IMG/VR virus record: IMGVR_UViG_3300003402_000002
Coordinates: 1 to 64,000 of that record
Direction: 5' to 3' (one strand)
DNA from: an uncultured virus (IMG/VR IMGVR_UViG_3300003402_000002)
Lineage: Duplodnaviria > Heunggongvirae > Uroviricota > Caudoviricetes
DNA length: 64,000 nucleotides
The position numbers and the translations under genes were made by a program. The notes beneath the pieces were generated by a model. That model searched no databases. It was given only the letters and a program-made list of their open reading frames with translations, and was not told the DNA's origin. Positions 47,261 to 56,798 of this stretch are shown here, piece by piece. Position 1 is the first letter of the stretch; each line of letters starts with the position of its first letter.

Positions 47261-48568
47261 TCATCCTTGCCGGTGATCCTGCATCACCCGAGTCTTGCTA
47301 GCGATGGCCAGGAACTCCACCAGCTTTTCGTTGCGTACCGGCGTCGGTACCCGCAGATCACTGGTCGGCAGAGAGGTGATCTGGTTCTGGAGCGCACGAA
47401 TCAACGCCTCCTTACTGTCGCCGCCGGCGAAAACCATCGTCTGCAAGAACCCGTAACCGCCCCAGTATCCGCGGTTGGCGTAGCTCGTCACCGTACCGAA
47501 GAGGTTCGTCACTACCGTGGCCAACACCACCAAGACACCGGTGTGGAATTCCACCACCGCACGAGCGGCATTCACGATGTTCTCCGGTTCCAGGTACTGA
47601 ACCCCATACTCGCCCTTACAGAGCAAGTAGAGATCATCCTGGATCTTACTGATGCGAGCGTAGGGAGTGCGCTGCGGACGCGTCTCTGCGGACTTCATGG
47701 GTGTCTTGGCTTTGGAGGCCGTCGGTTCACTGCGCACCTTGGGTTCCCGCTTGGGCGGCCACTGAGCATCCTCGGGCAGGTAAAGTTTCTGCTTGGGGTG
47801 AATCAGGTCGGGGTTCTCCAGTACGTTGATTTCTGCCAGTTCCGTGAAGCGACTGGCGTCCTTCAGTACTTTCAACGCAATTCCCGTCAGCGTGTCACCC
47901 GGTTGAACGATGTAGTACTTCCGCTTAGGTTGTGCGGGAGGTTTAGTGCCTTCCATCCGAGTTTTGACTTCATGGTGCGGCAGCCAGCTCGTAGGAACCG
48001 AATCGTACGACGTTTCGGAGGTCCTGGTGATCAGCGTCAAGGTAGCGATACGGAATCGCGTCTTGGGTCCCAAGACGCGTGACATCACCGACTTCCAGAC
48101 GCCGGCAGCCATGTCACTACCGGTCATGAGCTGAGAAAGCCAGATGTCGTCAACCGACAGAACGAGTTTCGGCACGATAGCGCCCGAACTCGCCAATACC
48201 TTCTCCACTGCCGCCCCGCGATTGGGACCGCTGGGCGCAGCGTGCGGCAGCTTGTCCAGGTCGATAGCGTACGGAACGACTCCGCGGTACGAATTGGCCC
48301 GGATCACCAAGTCAAACTTGATCGGTTCCTCATTCGCCAGCTGTTCCTTACGGGCCCGGTATTCTCCATCTGTCAGCGGTTCGGCTTCCGGGTCATCCGC
48401 CTTGATCGCCATGCGGGATTCCACTGCCGCTTCGGCAGAAACCGGAACCAGTTCATCACCCACATTGACGTCGGTGACGGGAACGGTGCCTTCGGTAGTT
48501 TCGACCAGCGTATCGGTGGGTACCACAGCGGTGGATTCGGAAACAGCCAGATCGTTTTTGTCGTTCAT
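47261..48568 (-). CDS. LysM domain protein
   Basis: YIVQPGDTLTGIA......FTELAEINVLENPDLIHPKQKLYLP. Confidence 0.8.
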   Translation of the reverse strand: MNDKNDLAVSESTAVVPTDTLVETTEGTVPVTDVNVGDELVPVSAEAAVESRMAIKADDPEAEPLTDGEYRARKEQLANEEPIKFDLVIRANSYRGVVPYAIDLDKLPHAAPSGPNRGAAVEKVLASSGAIVPKLVLSVDDIWLSQLMTGSDMAAGVWKSVMSRVLGPKTRFRIATLTLITRTSETSYDSVPTSWLPHHEVKTRMEGTKPPAQPKRKYYIVQPGDTLTGIALKVLKDASRFTELAEINVLENPDLIHPKQKLYLPEDAQWPPKREPKVRSEPTASKAKTPMKSAETRPQRTPYARISKIQDDLYLLCKGEYGVQYLEPENIVNAARAVVEFHTGVLVVLATVVTNLFGTVTSYANRGYWGGYGFLQTMVFAGGDSKEALIRALQNQITSLPTSDLRVPTPVRNEKLVEFLAIASKTRVMQDHRQG

Positions 48569-48702
48569 TTCGATTTTCCTTGGAAGCGAGGTAGTAGAGT
48601 GGATGCGAACTCTACGTGGATGGTTGGTAAGACAAAGCCAACCGTGGTGGGGTAAATGACTGTCGAACTTACCCGAGAAGACCTGGCCTTACAGAACCAG
48701 GG

Positions 48703-49110
48703 TTAAGCAGACGGTAACCAAGTGTTGTATGCCTCGACGAGGCTAAACGGACCAATCCGAAAGTCCGTGGTTTCCGCGAGCAACAGATTCGAAGCATCCT
48801 CAATACGTGTGACCAGAGGACTGGCGTAGATGATTTGAAGATCCGAAACTCGAATGACAAAGTAGGACGGACGCTCTTCTTCNGGTAGGTTCATGTGAGC
48901 ATCGAGCGATGCTCGAATCACCTCCAGCTGGAAAGGATAGAGCGAGAGCTCGATCTTCAAGGAATCGGGTTGTTCGCGATATAACTCCAGCGACCGATAA
49001 GGATAGTCGGCCTTGGGAGTCTCCACAAACTTCCCGTCGGAGGTAATGCCGTAAAAAGGCATTTCGCCCAGATCCAGTGGTTCTTTCGAAGCGGTAGTTT
49101 CGTTTGACAT
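48703..49110 (-). CDS. hypothetical protein
   Basis: AGGAG RBS; 135 aa. Confidence 0.6.
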   Translation of the reverse strand: MSNETTASKEPLDLGEMPFYGITSDGKFVETPKADYPYRSLELYREQPDSLKIELSLYPFQLEVIRASLDAHMNLXEEERPSYFVIRVSDLQIIYASPLVTRIEDASNLLLAETTDFRIGPFSLVEAYNTWLPSA

Positions 49111-49217
49111 ACAGAACGACTCCTAGAAAGATAGACTACGCATTCATGAGTAGCCTATAAACTAAAGGGAAGTAAGATTTATTTACACCTCGAGCGTCAC
49201 GTAGGGATAGTACATAC

Positions 49218-49844
49218 CTAAGAAACGGTGGAATCTGACTCGGACGAACTGGAGGCGGTGGTTTCGAACGGAGCGAACGTACTTTTGATTCTTGTTTGAA
49301 AGGAGATATCCACGTCGTCGAGTTCGTCGTGAAACAAAGCCAAGATTCGATCTCTACGCAAATCGAACCCTAGTTGCAGGAACGTGAAGCGTCCAAGTAG
49401 TTCCTTGAACAAATAAACCGCGAAGGCTCCGTAAGGATTAATTTCTCCGAGCCGTTCCTCCAGGAAATCAAAGAACTGATTGTTTGCCCACACATCGAAT
49501 TCGGTGATGTCTGCCGGTGGGATCAAAAGTCCTTGATCTTCAGTGATTCGTTCAAAGGTCGATTGATTGTCGGTAACCCCGACATCCACAAAAGGCTTTT
49601 CTGCACTACCAAACTTATACAGTACATGATCGTCTTCTTCACGACTCGCCTTCAGAAAACGCAGTGCGGAATCCGGAGGGGCGCCTTCTGGCATGGAATC
49701 TTTGAAGGCTTTGTACGCTGCTGACCGAAAGGCGGGAAGTAAAGCGTCTGTTTTGATGAAGATGGAGAAAGCTTCCAGCCGTTCCTTCCCTACCCGCCGC
49801 CACTCTAAAACTTCTCTTGAAATGATTTTTGACATGGTCTGCAT
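49218..49844 (-). CDS. hypothetical protein
   Basis: 208-aa ORF; start 49844 or 49835. Confidence 0.6.
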   Translation of the reverse strand: MQTMSKIISREVLEWRRVGKERLEAFSIFIKTDALLPAFRSAAYKAFKDSMPEGAPPDSALRFLKASREEDDHVLYKFGSAEKPFVDVGVTDNQSTFERITEDQGLLIPPADITEFDVWANNQFFDFLEERLGEINPYGAFAVYLFKELLGRFTFLQLGFDLRRDRILALFHDELDDVDISFQTRIKSTFAPFETTASSSSESDSTVS

Positions 49845-49876
49845 AAAACCCTGTTCCGTAGGGAACAGGGTTTTAT
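49841..49876 (-). terminator. hairpin after the hydrolase gene
   Basis: ATAAAACCCTGTTCC/GGAACAGGGTTTTAT, reading TTTTATGC on the minus strand. Confidence 0.7.
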
Positions 49877-49894
49877 CTCCTTGTGAGGATTAGA

Positions 49895-50506
49895 TTACGT
49901 AGCCAGAGCAAAGAAACGATGTTGTCCAATGGAAGCACGAAGGGTTAATCGAACGTTGTGGTGGGGGGCTTTAGCATGTCGGAAAAACAAGCTGTCGGCG
50001 ATGGGATTGGGTACGGTACGCGAGAGTACAGCAATGGCCACCATTTGCGCCTCAGCGTACGCGGCCTGATTGCGAATACGGGGGGGCTTACCGGCCCAAG
50101 AGAATTGGTAACGACCTCGTCGGTGTTGATGGACGACACCGCAAGCGGTGTCCGGGTACTTATCGTGCCCCATCCGGTTGAGAATCACGTAGGCGACAGC
50201 TATCTTACCCCGACGCGATTCGCCGCGCGCCTCGTAGTAGATACCCTCAGCCACACATTTGATCTCCGATGCGCTCAAGCTCACGCGAGCACGATCGGCC
50301 AGAGTGCGTTTAGTGTAAATAGGCTCCTTCAGTACAATGGGGGGAGGGNTGAGTTCGATAGATTGGAAAACAACGTGGATTGGTGGAGGAGTGAAACCAA
50401 CCACCGGCTCAGACATGGACGTAAGGCGAGGGAGGGACACACAGGCGTTGAGGGTTAAAGCCAGGACGGCGGTGAAAAAAAGTCGAAAGGTTGAGGACTT
50501 AAACAT
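49895..50506 (-). CDS. SleB-like cell wall hydrolase (Hydrolase_2) with putative lipoprotein signal
   Basis: CVAEGIYYEARGE..GKIAVAYVILNR, YP.T.CGVV.Q, YQFSW, IGQHRFF; N-terminal h-region ending LNAC. Confidence 0.85.
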   Translation of the reverse strand: MFKSSTFRLFFTAVLALTLNACVSLPRLTSMSEPVVGFTPPPIHVVFQSIELXPPPIVLKEPIYTKRTLADRARVSLSASEIKCVAEGIYYEARGESRRGKIAVAYVILNRMGHDKYPDTACGVVHQHRRGRYQFSWAGKPPRIRNQAAYAEAQMVAIAVLSRTVPNPIADSLFFRHAKAPHHNVRLTLRASIGQHRFFALAT

Positions 50507-50687
50507 CAGCGTTACACTCTAAAAGAAAAGTACCTTAAAGACGATTTGCCGGCATCGCAGCGCGGTTAGGAACCTTTAAGGAGCTCTTTTTGGCGGAAAA
50601 GGTAACCGATCCGCCATACGACCTGGTGTTTTCGAAATCGACGATTCATTGAGAACCATCGCTCGAAGCACCAAGGGAAGTATATCA

Positions 50688-50900
50688 TTAGCGATACCAA
50701 ACCACGTTGATGGGAATTCCATAAGTACTAGAAAGCCCCCGCATGGTTGCTACGGCCAATCCAGACGTGGGGTACGATATGGATTCTTTAGGGTCAGTAA
50801 CCCAGTGCTCGTGACCGTTCACATAGTGGCCAGCGTAGTACTCTTTAAGTCCGTCACGAACGCGGATCACACGGTAAATTGGTGAGTTGGGCTCATCCAT
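50688..50900 (-). CDS. small hypothetical protein (70 aa)
   Basis: ATG at 50900 with GAGG upstream; 3' part of the track ORF 50688..51392. Confidence 0.5.
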   Translation of the reverse strand: MDEPNSPIYRVIRVRDGLKEYYAGHYVNGHEHWVTDPKESISYPTSGLAVATMRGLSSTYGIPINVVWYR

Positions 50901-50951
50901 CGTTGTCAACCTCACCTTATGAAGAGAGAAGGCTTCCCATCCGGAGAATGT

Positions 50952-51251
50952 ATGTTTACTGAAATGCTCGACAAGTACCTCGTTGAGGACTGGCGTAAGG
51001 CACCCAAGTGGTTGTCCGTGTGGGTCTTGCTGTTGATCGGTATGGCCCCGGATCTGTTTAACCTGGCCGTACAGTACAAGCTGATTACAGCGGCTTCCGT
51101 ACCGGGGATCTTCGAGAAGGCGCTGAACCTGGCGGCATTCATCGGTATTGCTGTGCGCATGATCGACCAGGCAGCGATTGCCAAAGGTCTCCTGCCGGCC
51201 AAGAAGGATTCCGATAGTTCGGACGGCACTCCCCCGCCTACTGCTGGTTGA
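50952..51251 (+). CDS. holin-like membrane protein
   Basis: LVEDWRKAPKWLSVW motif followed by two TM segments and RMIDQ; GGAG RBS. Confidence 0.55.
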   Translation: MFTEMLDKYLVEDWRKAPKWLSVWVLLLIGMAPDLFNLAVQYKLITAASVPGIFEKALNLAAFIGIAVRMIDQAAIAKGLLPAKKDSDSSDGTPPPTAG

Positions 51252-51293
51252 GTCACCCCGTAACAAACCATGGGGTAGGTCTGTCAGAAATAA

Positions 51294-51342
51294 AGCATAC
51301 ACCCTCCACGAGACTNTNANAGTCTCGTGGAGGGTGTATGCT
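51294..51342. terminator. bidirectional hairpin
   Basis: 22-bp stem AGCATACACCCTCCACGAGACT/AGTCTCGTGGAGGGTGTATGCT. Confidence 0.8.
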
Positions 51343-51343
51343 G

Positions 51344-51658
51344 TCAAGCCAAGACCAACAGTAGTTGGGAGATGCGTTCGTATTCTGCGCACTGACGGGC
51401 GTAGAGACGAAAAATGAAAGGTTGGAAGCGCCGTAGTCCTGAGGTGAGGCGATTTTCGATTTCTTGAATTTTTAGCCGTAACGATCTAGGTGTTTCGCTA
51501 CGAATACTTTCACCGTAGATCTTGGTGTAATGCGAATGGATCAAAAACCGTGCCCGTTCACGTTCACTGACGGAATGAGTGCGGACCAACGGTTCGATGT
51601 CTGCGTGTTTTTTCTCTAACCACATGAGCCCTGTTCCCCTGTAAGAACCTACGTCCAT
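51344..51658 (-). CDS. hypothetical protein (putative early gene)
   Basis: 104-aa ORF (alternative start 51625); CATATTAC box upstream. Confidence 0.5.
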   Translation of the reverse strand: MDVGSYRGTGLMWLEKKHADIEPLVRTHSVSERERARFLIHSHYTKIYGESIRSETPRSLRLKIQEIENRLTSGLRRFQPFIFRLYARQCAEYERISQLLLVLA

Positions 51659-51713
51659 AGAATCAAGGACTTAGGTATTCTTACGAACGCTAAACTTTAA
51701 GGGGACCTTATCT

Positions 51714-51734
51714 AGGGGTAATATGTGTTTGAAA
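51714..51734 (-). promoter_or_regulatory. candidate early promoter (CATATTAC)
   Basis: TTTCAAACACATATTACCCC, one mismatch to TATATTAC. Confidence 0.45.
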
Positions 51735-51752
51735 GACTGTTGAGTCGAGAGT

Positions 51753-51789
51753 ATATCTCCCAGGGGCGATAAAACCCCTGGGAGATATG
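51753..51789. terminator. hairpin after the giant gene
   Basis: ATATCTCCCAGGGG/CCCCTGGGAGATAT. Confidence 0.7.
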
Positions 51790-51795
51790 ATTGGT

Positions 51796-54700
51796 TTAAA
51801 CAGCCGTGAAGCCTGTAGGCGGCGCGTACAGATGTTCCGCCGTAGTAGCTATCGTGGCGTAGTTGGTTGTATCCGAACTCTGGAACGAGGCACCAATCAT
51901 GATGGGATCGGTCCCACCAAGGATAAAGGTTTCGCCCGTACCCGTTGCCGGGTCAGTAACGAAATCGGCCATGTCGTTCGTTGCGGCCCAGACCTGACGA
52001 GTGGCTGGGTCAATACAGACCCGCATCACAAACGCATCCGCACCGGCAAAGTTCTGCACGGTACCCGACGACGCGGTGGCTGATCCGTAGTTTGCGTTCC
52101 AAGTGAGGCGATTACCCCAGTCCATGAGTAACGCATTTGGAGTATCCCAAATCTGGCCGGCGTTAACGCTGGTGATGTCTTGCGTACTGTTACCGGTAAA
52201 GACCAGTAGTGTCCACTTGGAGGTANCCTGAACAATCTTCATCTTGACTTCGAAATAGACTTTCTCCGTCACGAGGTAGTTCGACCAGACACTAGCCCAC
52301 TCTGTCGCCGAACCCGTAGCTACCGAGGCGGTAGTCTTGTCAGTGGAGATCTGAGTGTTAGCGGACGACGGCCCGTTCCAAAGGAGTTCGCCTGAACCCT
52401 GAGAGGCACTAGTAACCGTAAGCGTGGCCGGATCAGAGTTTGTCGTACCTCCGCCGTTAGTCGCCGCGCAACGGATCTGCCAGCCGTCCATACTCGTATT
52501 CACCACCGGACTATAGGTGTCGGAAGTCGCTCCGTTGATGTCAGCCCAAACCCCACTCACCGGCTTATTCTGCCACTGGTAAGTAATCGGGGCGTCACCA
52601 GTAGCTGTCACGGTAAAGTTCGCCGTGGCGCCGTCGGTGAGGGATGCGTTCTGAGGCTGAACGGTGAACACCGGAGCACTTACGGGTGTGCCTACGGTGA
52701 TAGCAACGGCGTTGGAAGTCACCGAACCCACGGGGTTAGTGAGAACGCAGCGCATTTGTGCACCGTCATCGGCCAGAGCCAACGTGCCGGTATAGGTCGA
52801 CGTAGTGGCACTCGCGCCCACCGCGTTATTCCATACGCCCGAACCGGAGGCTTGATACTCCCACTGATACGTGATCGGAATGGATCCGCTAGCGGCGACG
52901 CTAAAGGTGACCGTTTCTCCTTCGCTGCCGGTAAAGGGCGTCGGTTGGGAAGTGATCGTGATCGGTGTGGTGCCGTCATCGGGGCTGTGCGTGAGTGAAC
53001 GCAGTTCCACAACGTACTGGGTCGTACCACCGGAAATATCCAGACGATACCCACCGTCCGTGAAGTCCGCGTCCTCTGCCGAGGCTTGGACCACGGTAAA
53101 GGTGGCGCCGGCAGGGGTGAGTACCCGAATCTGCAGATCACCTGCTGTAGCCGTGTCTCCAGAAACCGTCGGAAGCGTCGGCGTACAGACCTGAAACACC
53201 GCTGTGGTACCGTTGGTAGTGGCAAACGAGTCGGAGACGGTCAGGATGCCGTTGGTGAAGTCCACCGAACGGTTCCACTGAGTGACTGTTGCGTCATTCA
53301 TAATGTCCTTAAGATCGGCTTGAGCCTGGACATCACCGTTGGAGCCAATCGAGTGCGTATGGGCAGCCGTACCGTTCTTCTGGGCAATAACCACACCGGA
53401 GCTGTTCTGGAAACGCAAGACGTTATTGGACTTGACGCCCTGCTGAATGCCCGAGTGGCTGAAAATGTTGTTCGTGACTGCCAGGAAAGTATCCTTGTAC
53501 AGAACAAACGAACCTTGTTCTTGATGGGCGTGCGACTGATCGTACGTGCCAGCGATAAAATGGAAGAACACTGCTGTGGGATCCCAAGCCGTGCGTGAGA
53601 ACAAACTGCCTGTCCCTTCAGAGTAATACGACAACGCTGTTGGAGGCGTGGAGGTATTCGCACCAGCTGGCATCAGATTCTCAATGTGCATGAAGCCTTG
53701 CGACATTTGTTGAACGCTGATGTTGTTCAACCACCAACTGCCATCGTCATTAGCCGCTGAGTCGGTAGAAAGCATCCGCGAGCGTAACACCATATCGCGA
53801 TGGTAATCGAACAGGTTCGGGAAGGACTCCCTCGACAGATCGCCGATGGGGCAGTACCGATTCAGTGTCGGCATAACAGCATGCGTCCAGTACTTCAACG
53901 TATCGTTGAGATGGCTACTGGATTGAGAGAGATTCGGCATACTGGAATCTTCCCAGATCTGATAGAACGCGAACAGACCTCGTAGCGAGATACCATATCC
54001 CGTTCCCTCACGACTACCGCCACCGTCCAGATTGGCGTAATACGCACGCAGCGCAGGAAGTTTCTCGTTATTGAGGAAATCAATCCATGTCTGGTTACCC
54101 GACGCCAAGGCCCATGTTGCTGTGGCCATCAAGAACGAATAATGGTAATTGTTACCAGGATCATTGATTGCCCAACCGGTCCACGGGAAAGCGTTACCAC
54201 CCCACGCGGCTGTTGATGGATTCCATACGTTGTAAATAGCTTGATCTGCAATGGCAGCCCAACGAGTCTTCGTGGCGCTGTCGGGATTGCACCACGCATA
54301 CACACGCGCCAGTGCACCAATCACGCTACCTACTTCGAGATAACTGTCGCCAGAAATCAACGTCACGTTCTCATTGGCAGCGATATTTGCCTCGGCCTGA
54401 TCGACGTAGTCGTTGATACCTTGAATGGCCAACGTGCGGTACTTCTCGTCGTTCGTTAACCGGTAAGCAACCGCAGCTTGTTCTGGTGAATAACCATAGG
54501 GTGATCCGCCCGTTTGTTTCGCGTCAACGAAACTGATAAACGACTGATAAGCTGCCGACTGTGTATCGACGTAATTGAAATTCTCCGTCAACGCTAAGGG
54601 GACGGTGGGCACGGCGACAATTTGAATGGACGCGGTGCTGTAGACACCCTGAACGCCATTGAGTGTCGCGGTCTCCGCCACTCGTACCGCATGTCCGATA

Positions 54701-56769
54701 TCGGCCGTTTGCGTCACATACGTCGTACTGGTAGCGCCGGCAATGACAACATCATCACGCAACCACTGGAACGTGATCGTCGGAGAACCCTGGTAAACAC
54801 CCGGCTGGTAGGTCAGGATATTACCCATTGTTGTACTACCGGTCAACACCGGTGCTGTGGTCAGGACCGGACCTGGGGTCAGGGAATCCGCCGCGTTGAT
54901 CGTCGAATACGCGCTTGAAAACCACCAGCCGTATTTACGGGCAGGTAGAATGCGGTACTTGGGCAGTCCTACAGTGGTACGGGTCCAGTCATCAAAGACA
55001 AGCTTGGCAACCGTTTGCATTTCAAAGATCACGCGTTGAATGGTACCGGTGTCCTGATTCAACTGTTGTTTGGCCCACAAACCCTTTTGCAGGACCACAG
55101 AGATGTCGTAACAATGTTCGGCATCTGACGCAATATCACCTTCCACGAACTGAGCACTGGTACCCACCAAATACGCAGGAATACGGAAACCAATGTAAGC
55201 GGGTTCTTCGTAGTTGACGTAGAAGCCGTATTGGAGAATGAAGTCGCAATAACGTGAAATCCACGAAAGGATTGACTGATTCCATGTCGTACGGTAGAGC
55301 TGGATCAGCGTCTCAATCACCAGACCCGTCATCCAGGGTGACGAGACCATCGTACCCGGACCCTCGTTTTCATGCTGGAAATACGTATGCAGGGCTGCAC
55401 CGGTATCCACTGACATGGTCACGAGAAGATTAAAGTACTCGTTGGCACGGTTAAGATACGCGGCATCGCCACTAATCCAGTAATAAGCGAGCTGACCTTG
55501 CATGGCGTAGTTGAGATTACGCTCCGTCCACGGATTGATGTCTTCGTTCCAAATCGGAGGAAATTCATCATACAGGCCGTCAGCCAGCAATTTACAGGTC
55601 GGGCGGTACGTCTGGTTACCGGTCTCACGCTCGTACCAATATCCTACCAGAGGATACTGGTATTTCGGATCCTTAACGGCACCTTGGTTAGGTAAGAAGT
55701 ACGCGTAGTCACCTACGGGCGAGATCTTACTGAAATAAAGCTCCGCCAGACTCAGCGCCTTGGCCCGGATGTCGGGGTTACCTGTACGCAGATAGAGCTT
55801 GTATACGACAGTAGCGCGATCGTACAGCCAAGGTTCTTTCACAGTGAGATCCGGACGCCCCCGTTCGGCGGTGTAGGAAAGCTCCGTGACGTTCACGCCG
55901 TTACCGTAGGCTTCACCGTACCACTCCAATTCCGTTAGGCCGAAATTCATCGCGGCGTCGTCGAAGTAGTTATTCGTCATCATGGGGTTGACGGGTGAGA
56001 ACATCGGGAAGTCATCGTACCCGACTTGCACTAACACCCGACCTTCGGTTTCCAGCTGACCGTCAGAAACGGCATAAGTGAACTCCACCTTACCGTTGTA
56101 ATCGGTCTCTGGGGTGAAAGTCATGGTTTGATCGACGTTCACTGTCACACTACCGTGATCGACCGCGACCGGTGTACCGATGACGATAGCTGCGTTGTTG
56201 ACTTTGGTGACCGTCAGCGGATCGTCTTCCGGATCGTAGTCGTCGGCTAAGACCGGAATGATTACCGGTGTGTTAAGCTTAGTCAACATCACGTCGGGAC
56301 TCACCACCGGAGGGTCATTGACCGACGTCACCTGAATATCAATCGTCGTCGCTTTGAGATCATCGCCATTAGTGGCCATGACGTAGATGGTCGGTACCGT
56401 ACCATTCCAATTAAGGTCGGGAACGAATTCCCATTCACCATCGCTGTAAATAGTCACCCGACCAACCTTGTCGATTAGGGCGCGTTGACCAGACGTGTAG
56501 GTCCCACCAAATCCATTGATCCAGAATTCCTTCAAACGCACCGGACCACCGTTCGTAACTGCACTGGTGAAGACATTACCACTGGCAGTCGTGTCCTCGT
56601 TTACCGTCTGAACTACGGGTGACAACTTCAGTGAGGGGTTGTTGACTTTCCCTTCGATCGTCGTGACACGACCTTCGAGTACCGGAACGCCCACTAGATC
56701 ACGTAAAACTGCTACCGTAGCTGGCGACTTGGTGGGTAACTCATTGACGGGGATTGGCTCAATAGCCAT
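51796..56769 (-). CDS. multi-domain putative polysaccharide depolymerase (cadherin/Ig, alpha/alpha toroid, Ig, heparinase II/III-like lyase, two Ig, SPRY-like)
   Basis: VTSVNDPPV..D and VLADDYDPEDDPL cadherin-like repeats; GGGSREG..Y and HAHQEQGSF lyase motifs; YQW Ig repeats; KVYFEV SPRY-like C-terminus. Confidence 0.65.
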   Translation of the reverse strand: MAIEPIPVNELPTKSPATVAVLRDLVGVPVLEGRVTTIEGKVNNPSLKLSPVVQTVNEDTTASGNVFTSAVTNGGPVRLKEFWINGFGGTYTSGQRALIDKVGRVTIYSDGEWEFVPDLNWNGTVPTIYVMATNGDDLKATTIDIQVTSVNDPPVVSPDVMLTKLNTPVIIPVLADDYDPEDDPLTVTKVNNAAIVIGTPVAVDHGSVTVNVDQTMTFTPETDYNGKVEFTYAVSDGQLETEGRVLVQVGYDDFPMFSPVNPMMTNNYFDDAAMNFGLTELEWYGEAYGNGVNVTELSYTAERGRPDLTVKEPWLYDRATVVYKLYLRTGNPDIRAKALSLAELYFSKISPVGDYAYFLPNQGAVKDPKYQYPLVGYWYERETGNQTYRPTCKLLADGLYDEFPPIWNEDINPWTERNLNYAMQGQLAYYWISGDAAYLNRANEYFNLLVTMSVDTGAALHTYFQHENEGPGTMVSSPWMTGLVIETLIQLYRTTWNQSILSWISRYCDFILQYGFYVNYEEPAYIGFRIPAYLVGTSAQFVEGDIASDAEHCYDISVVLQKGLWAKQQLNQDTGTIQRVIFEMQTVAKLVFDDWTRTTVGLPKYRILPARKYGWWFSSAYSTINAADSLTPGPVLTTAPVLTGSTTMGNILTYQPGVYQGSPTITFQWLRDDVVIAGATSTTYVTQTADIGHAVRVAETATLNGVQGVYSTASIQIVAVPTVPLALTENFNYVDTQSAAYQSFISFVDAKQTGGSPYGYSPEQAAVAYRLTNDEKYRTLAIQGINDYVDQAEANIAANENVTLISGDSYLEVGSVIGALARVYAWCNPDSATKTRWAAIADQAIYNVWNPSTAAWGGNAFPWTGWAINDPGNNYHYSFLMATATWALASGNQTWIDFLNNEKLPALRAYYANLDGGGSREGTGYGISLRGLFAFYQIWEDSSMPNLSQSSSHLNDTLKYWTHAVMPTLNRYCPIGDLSRESFPNLFDYHRDMVLRSRMLSTDSAANDDGSWWLNNISVQQMSQGFMHIENLMPAGANTSTPPTALSYYSEGTGSLFSRTAWDPTAVFFHFIAGTYDQSHAHQEQGSFVLYKDTFLAVTNNIFSHSGIQQGVKSNNVLRFQNSSGVVIAQKNGTAAHTHSIGSNGDVQAQADLKDIMNDATVTQWNRSVDFTNGILTVSDSFATTNGTTAVFQVCTPTLPTVSGDTATAGDLQIRVLTPAGATFTVVQASAEDADFTDGGYRLDISGGTTQYVVELRSLTHSPDDGTTPITITSQPTPFTGSEGETVTFSVAASGSIPITYQWEYQASGSGVWNNAVGASATTSTYTGTLALADDGAQMRCVLTNPVGSVTSNAVAITVGTPVSAPVFTVQPQNASLTDGATANFTVTATGDAPITYQWQNKPVSGVWADINGATSDTYSPVVNTSMDGWQIRCAATNGGGTTNSDPATLTVTSASQGSGELLWNGPSSANTQISTDKTTASVATGSATEWASVWSNYLVTEKVYFEVKMKIVQXTSKWTLLVFTGNSTQDITSVNAGQIWDTPNALLMDWGNRLTWNANYGSATASSGTVQNFAGADAFVMRVCIDPATRQVWAATNDMADFVTDPATGTGETFILGGTDPIMIGASFQSSDTTNYATIATTAEHLYAPPTGFTAV

Positions 56770-56798
56770 TGCTTAATACTCCATTTACATGGTACGTG

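Noticed and set aside
48569..48702. Two small hairpins that might be a tRNA or ncRNA
   Set aside because: No cloverleaf, T-loop context or CCA end; likely a 5' UTR. No tRNA recognised in the window by eye
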